Source of the DNA: Gammaproteobacteria bacterium
Lineage (GTDB): Bacteria > Pseudomonadota > Gammaproteobacteria > UWMA-0217
Assembly (NCBI GenBank): GCA_026981985.1
Contig: JALSHZ010000036.1
Location: forward strand, 11,113 to 75,112
Direction: 5' to 3'
DNA: 64,000 bases
Part shown: positions 1-8,150 of the stretch, piece by piece
Layout of the letters: each line of letters starts with the position of its first letter
Position numbering within the stretch: position 1 is the stretch's first letter
Notes under the pieces: model-generated
The model's input: only the letters and a program-made list of their open reading frames with translations
Databases searched by the model: none
Told to the model about the DNA's origin: nothing
Position numbers and translations under genes: made by a program

Positions 1-1520
1 TTTTTCGGATCGTCGTCGCTGACCTTATTGCCTTTGTCATCGAGCAGGTTGCCTTCGCGATCACGCTTGAAAATGGCGCGGAAATTCCAGCCGTGGCCGT
101 GATAGTCAGCGAACTGGGTATCCTTGAGTTTGGGATTCAACTCTGAAACCCGTTTGAGAAATTCCACATCACCCCATTTTCCGCGTGCGGCGGCCGACTC
201 GGGGTTGCGGTCATTGATTGCCCGCTCCTCCTCGGCCGTCGGGTATTTCTGTTTTTCCGGCCACATGAACGGCGCATCAGACTCGTAGTCCCACATGGTG
301 TAGCCGAGATAGGTATTGAGAAACATGTTCGGCTGGTGCATGTGGCAGACCATGCACTGACTGGTCGGAATCGCGCGGGTGAACTGGTGCGACAGTGGAT
401 GGCCGGACTCATCCTTGCTGATGGTCGGATCATTGGTTTGTGTCTTGCCTTCATGCCCGAATTTGGCGTAATGCCCGGAATGCTTGGGATCGCGATCGTT
501 CGCGTAGACCACATGACAGGAAGCACAGCCCGACTGGCGATAATCCCCCGGCTGGTCGTTGGTGCCCATAAACCAGAGCAAGGGGTCATTCAGCCGCGTC
601 TTGGTGATATTGATCAACGGCACTGAAATCCGCCCACCGGTCCCCGGCCCGCGATTCGATTGACGAAAATCGGGCCGCCCTGGTTCTTCGATCCGCTGCA
701 ACTGACCGAGCGCATTGGGCAGGCCGGTTTCCGGAAACAGATTGCCGATGTTACGACCACCACGTTCGAAGACACGGAAAATATCGCCGGGCTTGACCGT
801 TTCCCAGGCCGGCAGCGGGTAGAGCTTTTCCAGAATGCCTTTCTTTTTGGCTTCGGCCTTGAGATCATCCGCAATTTTCGGCCCAGCCAGAATCACGCCA
901 ACGCCGTCGTTACTATAGGCCTCGCCAAGAATGTAATTCTTGAATGGCAAAATACCATTGTTATAGGACGCCCCACCCCAGAGCATGGCGCCTGTTGAAT
1001 GCAAGCTACGCTTCGATGCCTCGATAATCTGCTGATGACAGGCGCCACAAGACTCATCGGCGACCCTGAAATCCGAAGGGTTGATAAAACGAATAAATTC
1101 GCGCGACTCACGATTCAGCAAGGTATAGGTGCGCTCCGGATTGGCACTGGAGGGATAGTGCCAGGACTCGGGATAACGCGGCAGTACATGGGCTTGCCCG
1201 ACTTTACGGCGATACTCAGCGGACTCGGGCTTGAGCGCAGCTGCCGCGAAAATACCGGGATTGCCGCCATGACAGTCGGTGCAGCCCAGCTTGACGGCCG
1301 GGCTCTGGTGCATGTTCTTATTGTCGGTCCCACTGTGGCAGCTCATGCAACCGGCACTCTTGCGCTCGACATCCTGCTGCGACTGACTGGCCGGCGCGGC
1401 GGGGGTGGCACGGTAATCACGCGCCACCGGTTTTTCGGCGCCGGTGCTGGCGGCTAGCGGCATAGCCATCAGCATGGAAATCACGATGAACGTGGCGGGA
1501 AAAATAGTCTTGATCTTCAT
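1..1520 (-). CDS. Multiheme c-type cytochrome, secreted (partial; C-terminus lies beyond the left edge)
   Basis: Absent from the ORF track because it runs off the edge. Manual translation of the minus strand from ATG 1520-1518 gives an uninterrupted 506-codon frame: MKIKTIFPATFIVISMLMAMPLAAS... (signal peptide). It has five CXXCH motifs (CMSCH, CTDCH, CGACH, CASCH, CMVCH). A GGGAGG SD lies 4 nt upstream, 13 nt after the stop of the preceding gene. Confidence 0.85.
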   Translation of the reverse strand, partial: MKIKTIFPATFIVISMLMAMPLAASTGAEKPVARDYRATPAAPASQSQQDVERKSAGCMSCHSGTDNKNMHQSPAVKLGCTDCHGGNPGIFAAAALKPESAEYRRKVGQAHVLPRYPESWHYPSSANPERTYTLLNRESREFIRFINPSDFRVADESCGACHQQIIEASKRSLHSTGAMLWGGASYNNGILPFKNYILGEAYSNDGVGVILAGPKIADDLKAEAKKKGILEKLYPLPAWETVKPGDIFRVFERGGRNIGNLFPETGLPNALGQLQRIEEPGRPDFRQSNRGPGTGGRISVPLINITKTRLNDPLLWFMGTNDQPGDYRQSGCASCHVVYANDRDPKHSGHYAKFGHEGKTQTNDPTISKDESGHPLSHQFTRAIPTSQCMVCHMHQPNMFLNTYLGYTMWDYESDAPFMWPEKQKYPTAEEERAINDRNPESAAARGKWGDVEFLKRVSELNPKLKDTQFADYHGHGWNFRAIFKRDREGNLLDDKGNKVSDDDPK

Positions 1521-1533
1521 GATGCCTCCCGGC

Positions 1534-3423
1534 TCAGTAGGCAAAAATGGCGTTTAACAGGATGTAACTTGGGTCTTCGTCGGGAAACAGCGCTTTGAAA
1601 CCGTCACCGGCAATCAGTTTCGACCACGATGCCCGCAACACGATGTTCTGACTCATCAACGGCCGGTAGATCAGCGCCGCCGAAACATCTACACCGATAT
1701 GCGCGTCGATGCCGCCCTGATTGCGTGCCGTCTCTACCACCGCCGTTTCATCGAAGCGCAGATCGTTGGCATTCAGCGACAGCCGCAGCTCCGGCAACAA
1801 ATCGAAATCAGCACCGACACCGATCAGCACGATGCCGGGATTGATGAAATTGGACTGCCCCTCCTCCTTGCTCGAACGCATGCTGTTGAGTACGCCATTT
1901 CTTCCCGAGAGCGCGACGCGGCCACCCCCGACCAGCGGCACGGCCTGTCGTATCCAGTAGCTGCTGTCAGCACCAGCGAACTGTGGATTTTCAAAAATAG
2001 CATCGAAGCCAGTCGCCTTGTCATCAAAAGGATCTTCGTCGCCACTGCCATAGAGCAACGACAGACGCGGCCTGATCCAGTCGAAATCCATTGACAGTTC
2101 GGCAGCGGCAAAAAAGGCGCTGATGTCGGTATCCGCATCGACAAATACCGATGGCGACTCGCTACCAAAAGCGTAATAGAACGAAGTGGAAAGATTCAGC
2201 CGCCCAAAATGACCATCGCCGCTGTAACCGAGATAGGTCACCTGATATTCGCGCGACTGCTCACGACCCAGCGATGCCGGGCGCTCGATAAAATCATTCT
2301 TATTGTAATAGGGCTCACCGTTCTCGCCATTACGGTTGTGAATAATGCTGAACTGTGAGGTAAACCCTTTGACGAACAGATCCTGCCAGTAGAGATTGGC
2401 GACAAAGACATCATCATCCCGCAGGTCTTCACCCAGATCATTCAGACCACTATTGGTATCCTTTTCGATACGCCGGAACCAGGCCAGATTGTATTGAAAG
2501 ATGTTGTTGTTGCGGGTACCAAACAGGCGCACACCCAACGGGCTGTCCTGAAACAGAAAACCGCGAAAATCCGAAGAAAACGGCTGGATGCCAAAGCGGA
2601 TGCTGTCGAAGTCATAGTGCTCCGACACATTGCGCAGGTGCCGATCATAGAATGCCGCCTGGATGCCAACATGATTATCGTTGCGGGTTTTTCCATTCTC
2701 CGGGTCGGCATTGACGCCCTGTATTTCATCCAGCTCGACGCGGTTATAGTTGAATACCGGAATAAAGCGGAATTCATGATCTGGTGGGCGAAAAACCGTG
2801 TCGCCTTCGTAGTAGACAAATTCGGCGGCGAGGCTCTGCACGAATACGCTCTGATCTGAGCCGCCAAAAATATCGATTTTTCCATTCGCGCCTGCTGAAC
2901 TGCTGCCAACCCCTGTAGGGAGATTCCGCTGCTCGAACACCGTGTCGCTGATCAGGCCAAGATTGAAAAACCAGTCACCATGAATCGGGCGGTCAGCCTT
3001 GAGTACATTACGGTTGTAAGGATCAAGCAGATTTTCCCGATACCCGAGCGTATCGACGATACGCCATCGATCCGGTACCGGCACCGCATCGGGAAAATCG
3101 GCCAGCACCGGGCGCGGAATTGGCGATGCCGGGTTTGGCTTGCGCGGTGGCCGCCCTGCGGTGGCGAAGCCAGCCGACTTTTCCGGCACTGCTTCAGGCA
3201 GGCGACCTGCCGTGGCGCTGCCCGCTTTACGTGGTGTTTTCGGCGCTGCCTGCTCACTGCGTTGCGCCGGGCATTCAATGCGCTTGTACCCTGGACGGCG
3301 ACGCTGGCTAATGCGGCCCTTATCGTCCTGATAACAGGTTTCGGCCACCACCGGCTCGGGCCATGAGGTGGATAGCAGCAGCGCCGTTACCAGGGCTGCC
3401 GTACTGATCGCTGGATAGTTCAT
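1534..3423 (-). CDS. Outer-membrane beta-barrel (porin-like) protein with basic Pro/Ala-rich N-terminal extension
   Basis: ORF 1534..3453 trimmed to ATG 3423 (GAGGAGG SD; signal-like MNYPAISTAALVTALLLSTSWPEPVVA). The body is long and beta-strand-like, ending ...LLNAIFAY; a C-terminal aromatic residue is typical of OM barrels. Exact family not recognised. Confidence 0.7.
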   Translation of the reverse strand: MNYPAISTAALVTALLLSTSWPEPVVAETCYQDDKGRISQRRRPGYKRIECPAQRSEQAAPKTPRKAGSATAGRLPEAVPEKSAGFATAGRPPRKPNPASPIPRPVLADFPDAVPVPDRWRIVDTLGYRENLLDPYNRNVLKADRPIHGDWFFNLGLISDTVFEQRNLPTGVGSSSAGANGKIDIFGGSDQSVFVQSLAAEFVYYEGDTVFRPPDHEFRFIPVFNYNRVELDEIQGVNADPENGKTRNDNHVGIQAAFYDRHLRNVSEHYDFDSIRFGIQPFSSDFRGFLFQDSPLGVRLFGTRNNNIFQYNLAWFRRIEKDTNSGLNDLGEDLRDDDVFVANLYWQDLFVKGFTSQFSIIHNRNGENGEPYYNKNDFIERPASLGREQSREYQVTYLGYSGDGHFGRLNLSTSFYYAFGSESPSVFVDADTDISAFFAAAELSMDFDWIRPRLSLLYGSGDEDPFDDKATGFDAIFENPQFAGADSSYWIRQAVPLVGGGRVALSGRNGVLNSMRSSKEEGQSNFINPGIVLIGVGADFDLLPELRLSLNANDLRFDETAVVETARNQGGIDAHIGVDVSAALIYRPLMSQNIVLRASWSKLIAGDGFKALFPDEDPSYILLNAIFAY

Positions 3424-3433
3424 CTCCGCCTCC

Positions 3434-5452
3434 TCACTTGCCCGCACAGACATTGTCGGCGCTGGAATTCAAAAAAGGCGCTTGCGGACACTGCACGAAA
3501 CGGAGCCGGACACCCTGCGGGGTCAGATTGTCGGCGCGCATTGCAGGCGGCGCGTTGCCAAAAGCACCATTCATTTTCTCGCCCGCGCGATGCACACCGA
3601 GAAACGCAATCATGTCGTCCTGATCGACACCATCACCGGAGACGCCAATCCCGCCCACCAGCTGGTTGCCACGATAGATCGGCACGCTGCCGGGAAAGAT
3701 CTGCAAACCATTGGTAATGGCCGCTGCAGGAACGGCGGCGGTTGCCGTCAGATCATCGGCGAGCGCGATGCCGGCGCAGCCCGTACCGACATCAGGCAAC
3801 GCACCGCCGCTGGCGACATGCAATACATGCTGCAAGATCCCATTGATCGACACGTCCAACTGCAAACCGGTGGAAAACGGACTCCACTGCCCGGCAGGCT
3901 TGCTCAACGGTCCGGCCTGATTGCCATTGATGCCGTCAGGAAAAAACGGCCGCGAGAGATTACCGCCGGCGCGATCGGAAAAGGCTACTGCTCCTGTCGA
4001 GAGTGCGGTCGGATCACCAACAAAATTACGCACAGCCGCCACATAGTCAGCCAGCTTCACGCGTTTGCCGACACTGGTGCCATCGAGATAGGCGGCATCG
4101 GGCAAGGCCTGTAACAGCGCGGCCGCACCAGCCGAGGAGAAAAACGCGGCGGTACGCGCCTTCTGCAACGACACATCAGCACCGAACACCGGGGCATCGC
4201 GGCTGCGCACCATGCCCAGCACCTTGCCCTTGCTGTCCACCACCGAAATCGTCACCCGGGCGGCTGAGTTGAGCGGGCGTCGGATCTGCGCGCGCGCAGT
4301 GTTGGCCACATCGAGCGCGGCGCTCAGAATGGCCTGCACTTCATTGGCCTGGAGTGGCGACGCATCAGTACCTGCCTGAGGCGCAAAACGCGGTGTATTG
4401 GTGGCATCGACGAAGATGAATGCGTTTTGCCCGGGAAACAGCGTGGCATCGGCGCGAACCCCTGAACCGGGCTGACCGAACACGGTTCCGGCCCGAATCG
4501 TGCCAGCAAAATACCCACTGACTGGCACCAGACTCCCAGTGCCCGCCGGCAACGCGGAGAAGGCACCGGCATTGGCCGGGTCACTGCCGAGGTCGGAAAA
4601 GTCGACATCGCTGAAACGCAACACCTTGCCATCGACAGTAATGTGATCAGCTCGTCGATCCACCGGCGCGGCATAGCCGAAACTGGCGGCCAGGGCGATC
4701 AATTCATCGAGGTCACGATCGCTGTCGGTCACATCCGTATCGATGCTGTACTGGCCATCGGCAATGACGCCGACACCACCCACCACGGTTCCCGACTTGT
4801 AGAGCGGGAAGCCACCAGGATCAGCCGACAATCCCAGCGGCGAACGCTGTGGTCCTGGGGCGGCTGCCGCCGTGGTATTGCGCAGTGAAAAATCGGAACA
4901 GGGCAGCTGGGAAAACTGCACGCCAAACAGCGGCCCACCGGGCTGAAAATCCTCACCCGGATTGAAATGCTCCTGCACGATCTGGCTTGCCGTGCGGGTG
5001 CTGAAGGCATTGCCTTCGGACGACAGGTAGGCCCCGGTGACGGCCTTGGCTATCGCCGCCTGATGATCGAGATTGAACGGTGCCGAAGGCAGCGGCAGCT
5101 TGATGCCTTCGAAACCGGCATCGACCAGCGGCTGACCGTTATTGCTGCGGGTGACGATCTCGACCACCCGTTCGGCAGCACTGCCCATGCGATAGACCGC
5201 CAGCACATTGCCAACCCGATCGACCACCGCAATCGTCGCCTTGACGCCACGGCTGCGCGCTTCCTGCACGCCTTGCACCAGCACCTTTTCCACATCAGCC
5301 ACAGTCAGTCGCGTGGTGGTGCTCGCACAACTGCCATCACAGCCGGTGGTTGCATCCGTGCCGCTGGACTGAAAAACCGAATCGCCGCCGGAACAGCCCG
5401 CCAAGCCCAGCAAGCCCCCCACGAAGGCGATGGTAAACAATAGTTTTTTCAT
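3434..5452 (-). CDS. Lipoprotein with two GlcG/HbpS-like (DUF336) putative heme/tetrapyrrole-binding modules
   Basis: ORF 3434..5665 trimmed to ATG 5452 (AAGGAG SD). N-terminus MKKLLFTIAFVGGLLGLAGC carries a lipobox. DUF336-like signatures: VKATIAVVDRVGNVLAVYRM, RVTISVVDSKGKVLGMVRSRDAP and the C-terminal IYRGNQLVGGIGVSGDGVDQDD. Confidence 0.75.
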   Translation of the reverse strand: MKKLLFTIAFVGGLLGLAGCSGGDSVFQSSGTDATTGCDGSCASTTTRLTVADVEKVLVQGVQEARSRGVKATIAVVDRVGNVLAVYRMGSAAERVVEIVTRSNNGQPLVDAGFEGIKLPLPSAPFNLDHQAAIAKAVTGAYLSSEGNAFSTRTASQIVQEHFNPGEDFQPGGPLFGVQFSQLPCSDFSLRNTTAAAAPGPQRSPLGLSADPGGFPLYKSGTVVGGVGVIADGQYSIDTDVTDSDRDLDELIALAASFGYAAPVDRRADHITVDGKVLRFSDVDFSDLGSDPANAGAFSALPAGTGSLVPVSGYFAGTIRAGTVFGQPGSGVRADATLFPGQNAFIFVDATNTPRFAPQAGTDASPLQANEVQAILSAALDVANTARAQIRRPLNSAARVTISVVDSKGKVLGMVRSRDAPVFGADVSLQKARTAAFFSSAGAAALLQALPDAAYLDGTSVGKRVKLADYVAAVRNFVGDPTALSTGAVAFSDRAGGNLSRPFFPDGINGNQAGPLSKPAGQWSPFSTGLQLDVSINGILQHVLHVASGGALPDVGTGCAGIALADDLTATAAVPAAAITNGLQIFPGSVPIYRGNQLVGGIGVSGDGVDQDDMIAFLGVHRAGEKMNGAFGNAPPAMRADNLTPQGVRLRFVQCPQAPFLNSSADNVCAGK

Positions 5453-5525
5453 GGCGGACTCCTTCATGATTGTTTTCCACTGACTGTCGCCAATGGAGGC
5501 ACCGCGTTGTCGGACCTGGCCGTGT

Positions 5526-7262
5526 TCATTCGTCGACCTCTTGCTGCGCTGGGTCCATCGCGTCTTCCGACGGCTGTGGGTGGTAAGCGTGGCAGCCAAT
5601 ACACTGGAGCGGCACGATGCCACGCTCGCGTTCGCTGCGATGACAGCGGACACAGCGATCCACATCCGGAATCAACAACGTGCTGCTTTCTTTCGACTGG
5701 GCTGCGTCGTGACAGGAGGCACAGGCCTCGCTGCCGCTCAGGGTTTTATCGTCATCGGGGTATTTCACGCTGCGATGACTGCCGTGGTCGAAACGGGCCG
5801 ACGGAAAATAGTCGCTGCTGAGTTTCACCGGCTTCACCGCATAACGCTGGTACAGCTCCCGCTCGGGGTAAACGCTGATTTCATGGCAGCTGACACAGCC
5901 CTGGCGGGTAAATTGGTCGTCGGTATCACGCGCGGCTTTTTGCAACGCACACTGATAGGTCGCCTCGCTGCAAACCTCGACACGTTTTTTCTTGCGATCG
6001 GGACGGCGGCGTTTCTTGACCGTGGCGGGTTTGTAATCCGGATCGCTCAAGCGCTTTAGATAGTGACCTTCGAGCGTGAAAATCACCTCCTCTGGCTTGC
6101 CATGAGGAAGCTGCCGCTCAGGAAAAGCGGGGTCGAAGGTCAGCTCGTGACAAGCGGCGCAATGACGCTCCATCGTGATCGGCGCGAAATGTTCGCGGTC
6201 ACTGTTGAGCTGATGACAGCTGTTGCATTCCAGCGGAGCATCGTCCTGTTTGCTGGTCACCTTCTCCGGGTCGAGATGCACGTCGTGGGGGAACTTTAAA
6301 TTCGACTGCTCGCTGGCACCGTCTATCTTGCTGAGCACGGTTTTCCATGCGGCTGCGCCACTGTCGTCGACCCCGTCCGGTTGCAGCAGATGTGCGCGAA
6401 ACGTGGGATGTGCCTTGTCAGCAAACCCCGTGACGATATCCAGCTCCGGCGCAATCTCCATTTTCTGTTCATCGGCGTGGCAGTCGGTGCAGAGTGAATC
6501 GGCACGGATGATCAGCGTGGGGCGCGGCTCGTTGTGCTCACGGTGACAACTGGCGCAGCGAATCTGGTTGTCGGGATGTTTTTCCAGCAGCGTATGGGAG
6601 AGATGATCGGCAATCTCTTCATGGCATTCCTGGCAGGCTTTATCACGCACCTGGACGAACATCTGCTGATGGCAACTGCGGCAGTCGTCACCCGCCGCCA
6701 GCTCATGCACCGGATGCAACGGGCCACTGATCCACAAGGCATCACTGGGCAGCCAGGCGGGTGGTTCCGCGCCGGCATCACGCCAGTAGACCGAGGCCAG
6801 CGGCAACAGCAGGGAAACCAGCAGGGTGATCGCCGCCAACGTCCAACTGAGGGCGCGCATCGAGATGCCACTACCGGCAAGTGACGTAACAAAGGCGTTT
6901 TCGAAATTGGCTGCATCGCTATTGCTGGCACGGTGCAGTTCCAGCGCCACATCGAACCCGGCCGGCGCGGGGATGACCGTCAGACGATTGCCGTCCAGCT
7001 CGATCACATCGCCATGCTGCAATTCGGCCGTGCGGCAGGGCTGACCATTGACTTGCACGCTCGTCTTGCCGACGCCGCGCAGCATGAGCTTGCCGTTACG
7101 CCATGTCAGCTGTAGCGCATTGCCCTTGATGTCACGACCGAGCAGCTGAATCTGCTGATCTGGCGCACTGCCGATATCGAGCCGTTCGCATTGCAATTCC
7201 GTGTCCTGGAATTCTTCGAATCCCGAGCCGGTATCCAGTTGTTCGCGTATCAGTACATTCAT
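5526..7262 (-). CDS. FHA-like domain / single TM / decaheme c-type cytochrome
   Basis: 578-aa ORF. The N-terminal ~100 aa are FHA-like (LDIGSAPDQQIQLLGRDIKGNALQL...VQVNGQPC...LQHGDVIELDGNRLTV). One TM follows (LSWTLAAITLLVSLLLPLASVYW), then ten CXXCH motifs (CRSCH, CQECH, CASCH, CTDCH, CNSCH, CAACH, CVSCH, CASCH, CVRCH, CIGCH). The start lies 4 nt after the upstream stop. Confidence 0.85.
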   Translation of the reverse strand: MNVLIREQLDTGSGFEEFQDTELQCERLDIGSAPDQQIQLLGRDIKGNALQLTWRNGKLMLRGVGKTSVQVNGQPCRTAELQHGDVIELDGNRLTVIPAPAGFDVALELHRASNSDAANFENAFVTSLAGSGISMRALSWTLAAITLLVSLLLPLASVYWRDAGAEPPAWLPSDALWISGPLHPVHELAAGDDCRSCHQQMFVQVRDKACQECHEEIADHLSHTLLEKHPDNQIRCASCHREHNEPRPTLIIRADSLCTDCHADEQKMEIAPELDIVTGFADKAHPTFRAHLLQPDGVDDSGAAAWKTVLSKIDGASEQSNLKFPHDVHLDPEKVTSKQDDAPLECNSCHQLNSDREHFAPITMERHCAACHELTFDPAFPERQLPHGKPEEVIFTLEGHYLKRLSDPDYKPATVKKRRRPDRKKKRVEVCSEATYQCALQKAARDTDDQFTRQGCVSCHEISVYPERELYQRYAVKPVKLSSDYFPSARFDHGSHRSVKYPDDDKTLSGSEACASCHDAAQSKESSTLLIPDVDRCVRCHRSERERGIVPLQCIGCHAYHPQPSEDAMDPAQQEVDE

Positions 7263-7266
7263 GCCG

Positions 7267-8136
7267 TCACCAGTAGATAAACGTGGTGACGATATGCACG
7301 ATCAGCGCAACAATGAGCGCAATGGTCATCGGCACATGCACATAGAGCCACACTCGCAGCCAGCCCTGCAACGCAATGTCGCGCCGCAGTTGGCGCAGCA
7401 GCGACTGCCGTCGCACCAGTATTGCGAGCAAATCCTGCAGGTTACGCGCTTCGCTGCGCTTGGCTGCGCGCGGAATCCGCGCCGCAACAAAATCGACCAG
7501 AGGCTGCTGATCGGCATTGGGCAGCAGCGTCGCTGCTGCCTCGCCGCTGCCAGCCTGCATAAACCGCGAACCATCCCGCTGCAACAGCTGGGCACCCATG
7601 CCGCCACCGAGCATCGTGCGCTCGACGCCACTCTTGACTGCCAGGCCAACAGCCGGTGAGCAACGTGCTGCCAGACGTCGCGCTTCGCCGTCCATGTCAT
7701 AGAGTTCGGCGAACAATCCGGCACGGGCTTCCCCGGCGCGGTTGCGCGCCAGTAGTTGCGGCTGCGTCAAATATTGGTAGAGCCCGTAAAAGCCGCTGAA
7801 AATCACGCCGCACATCAGCACATAAGAGAGCGTGTGAACATTCCAGCCAAATTGCAGCGCGCAATGCAGCGTCGCCAGCAGCAACACGGCCGTACCGAGG
7901 TAGATATGGGCGGAAGTCCAGCCCTGCACCGTGCCAGAGCCACCGGCGTAGCGCCGTTTGCGAATACCGAGCCAGGCCAGCCAGACGATCAGCAACGCTG
8001 CGACCGTGCCAAGCACATACCCTTGCCAGGTACCGCCATTGGGAGGCTGCACGCCGCCCTGGCTGAAATAGAGTACGAAACTGCTCGCCACCAGCAGCAA
8101 CGCAACCCACAGATAGCGCCCACCGGCGTAGCGCAT
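7267..8136 (-). CDS. Polytopic inner-membrane protein, possible b-type cytochrome / ferric-reductase-like subunit
   Basis: ORF 7267..8223 trimmed to ATG 8136; the start is uncertain because the upstream part overlaps the previous CDS. Several hydrophobic helices carry intramembrane His residues (SAHIYLG, LHCALQFG, WLYVHVPMTIALIVALIVHIV). Confidence 0.6.
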   Translation of the reverse strand: MRYAGGRYLWVALLLVASSFVLYFSQGGVQPPNGGTWQGYVLGTVAALLIVWLAWLGIRKRRYAGGSGTVQGWTSAHIYLGTAVLLLATLHCALQFGWNVHTLSYVLMCGVIFSGFYGLYQYLTQPQLLARNRAGEARAGLFAELYDMDGEARRLAARCSPAVGLAVKSGVERTMLGGGMGAQLLQRDGSRFMQAGSGEAAATLLPNADQQPLVDFVAARIPRAAKRSEARNLQDLLAILVRRQSLLRQLRRDIALQGWLRVWLYVHVPMTIALIVALIVHIVTTFIYW

Positions 8137-8150
8137 GACATTGCGATAGA

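Noticed and set aside
137-1457. Several 70-150-aa ORFs on both strands at the left edge (137..589, 336..626, 660..998, 999..1457 etc.)
   Set aside because: All overlap the long uninterrupted minus-strand frame that encodes the signal-peptide/CXXCH cytochrome starting at 1520. Their products are Arg/Pro/Gly-rich shadow-frame sequences.
5453-5665. N-terminal 71-aa extension of ORF 3434..5665, which would overlap the end of the decaheme gene
   Set aside because: The extension has no RBS, overlaps the upstream CDS by 140 nt and precedes a textbook SD + lipoprotein signal peptide at 5452. The internal start was chosen.
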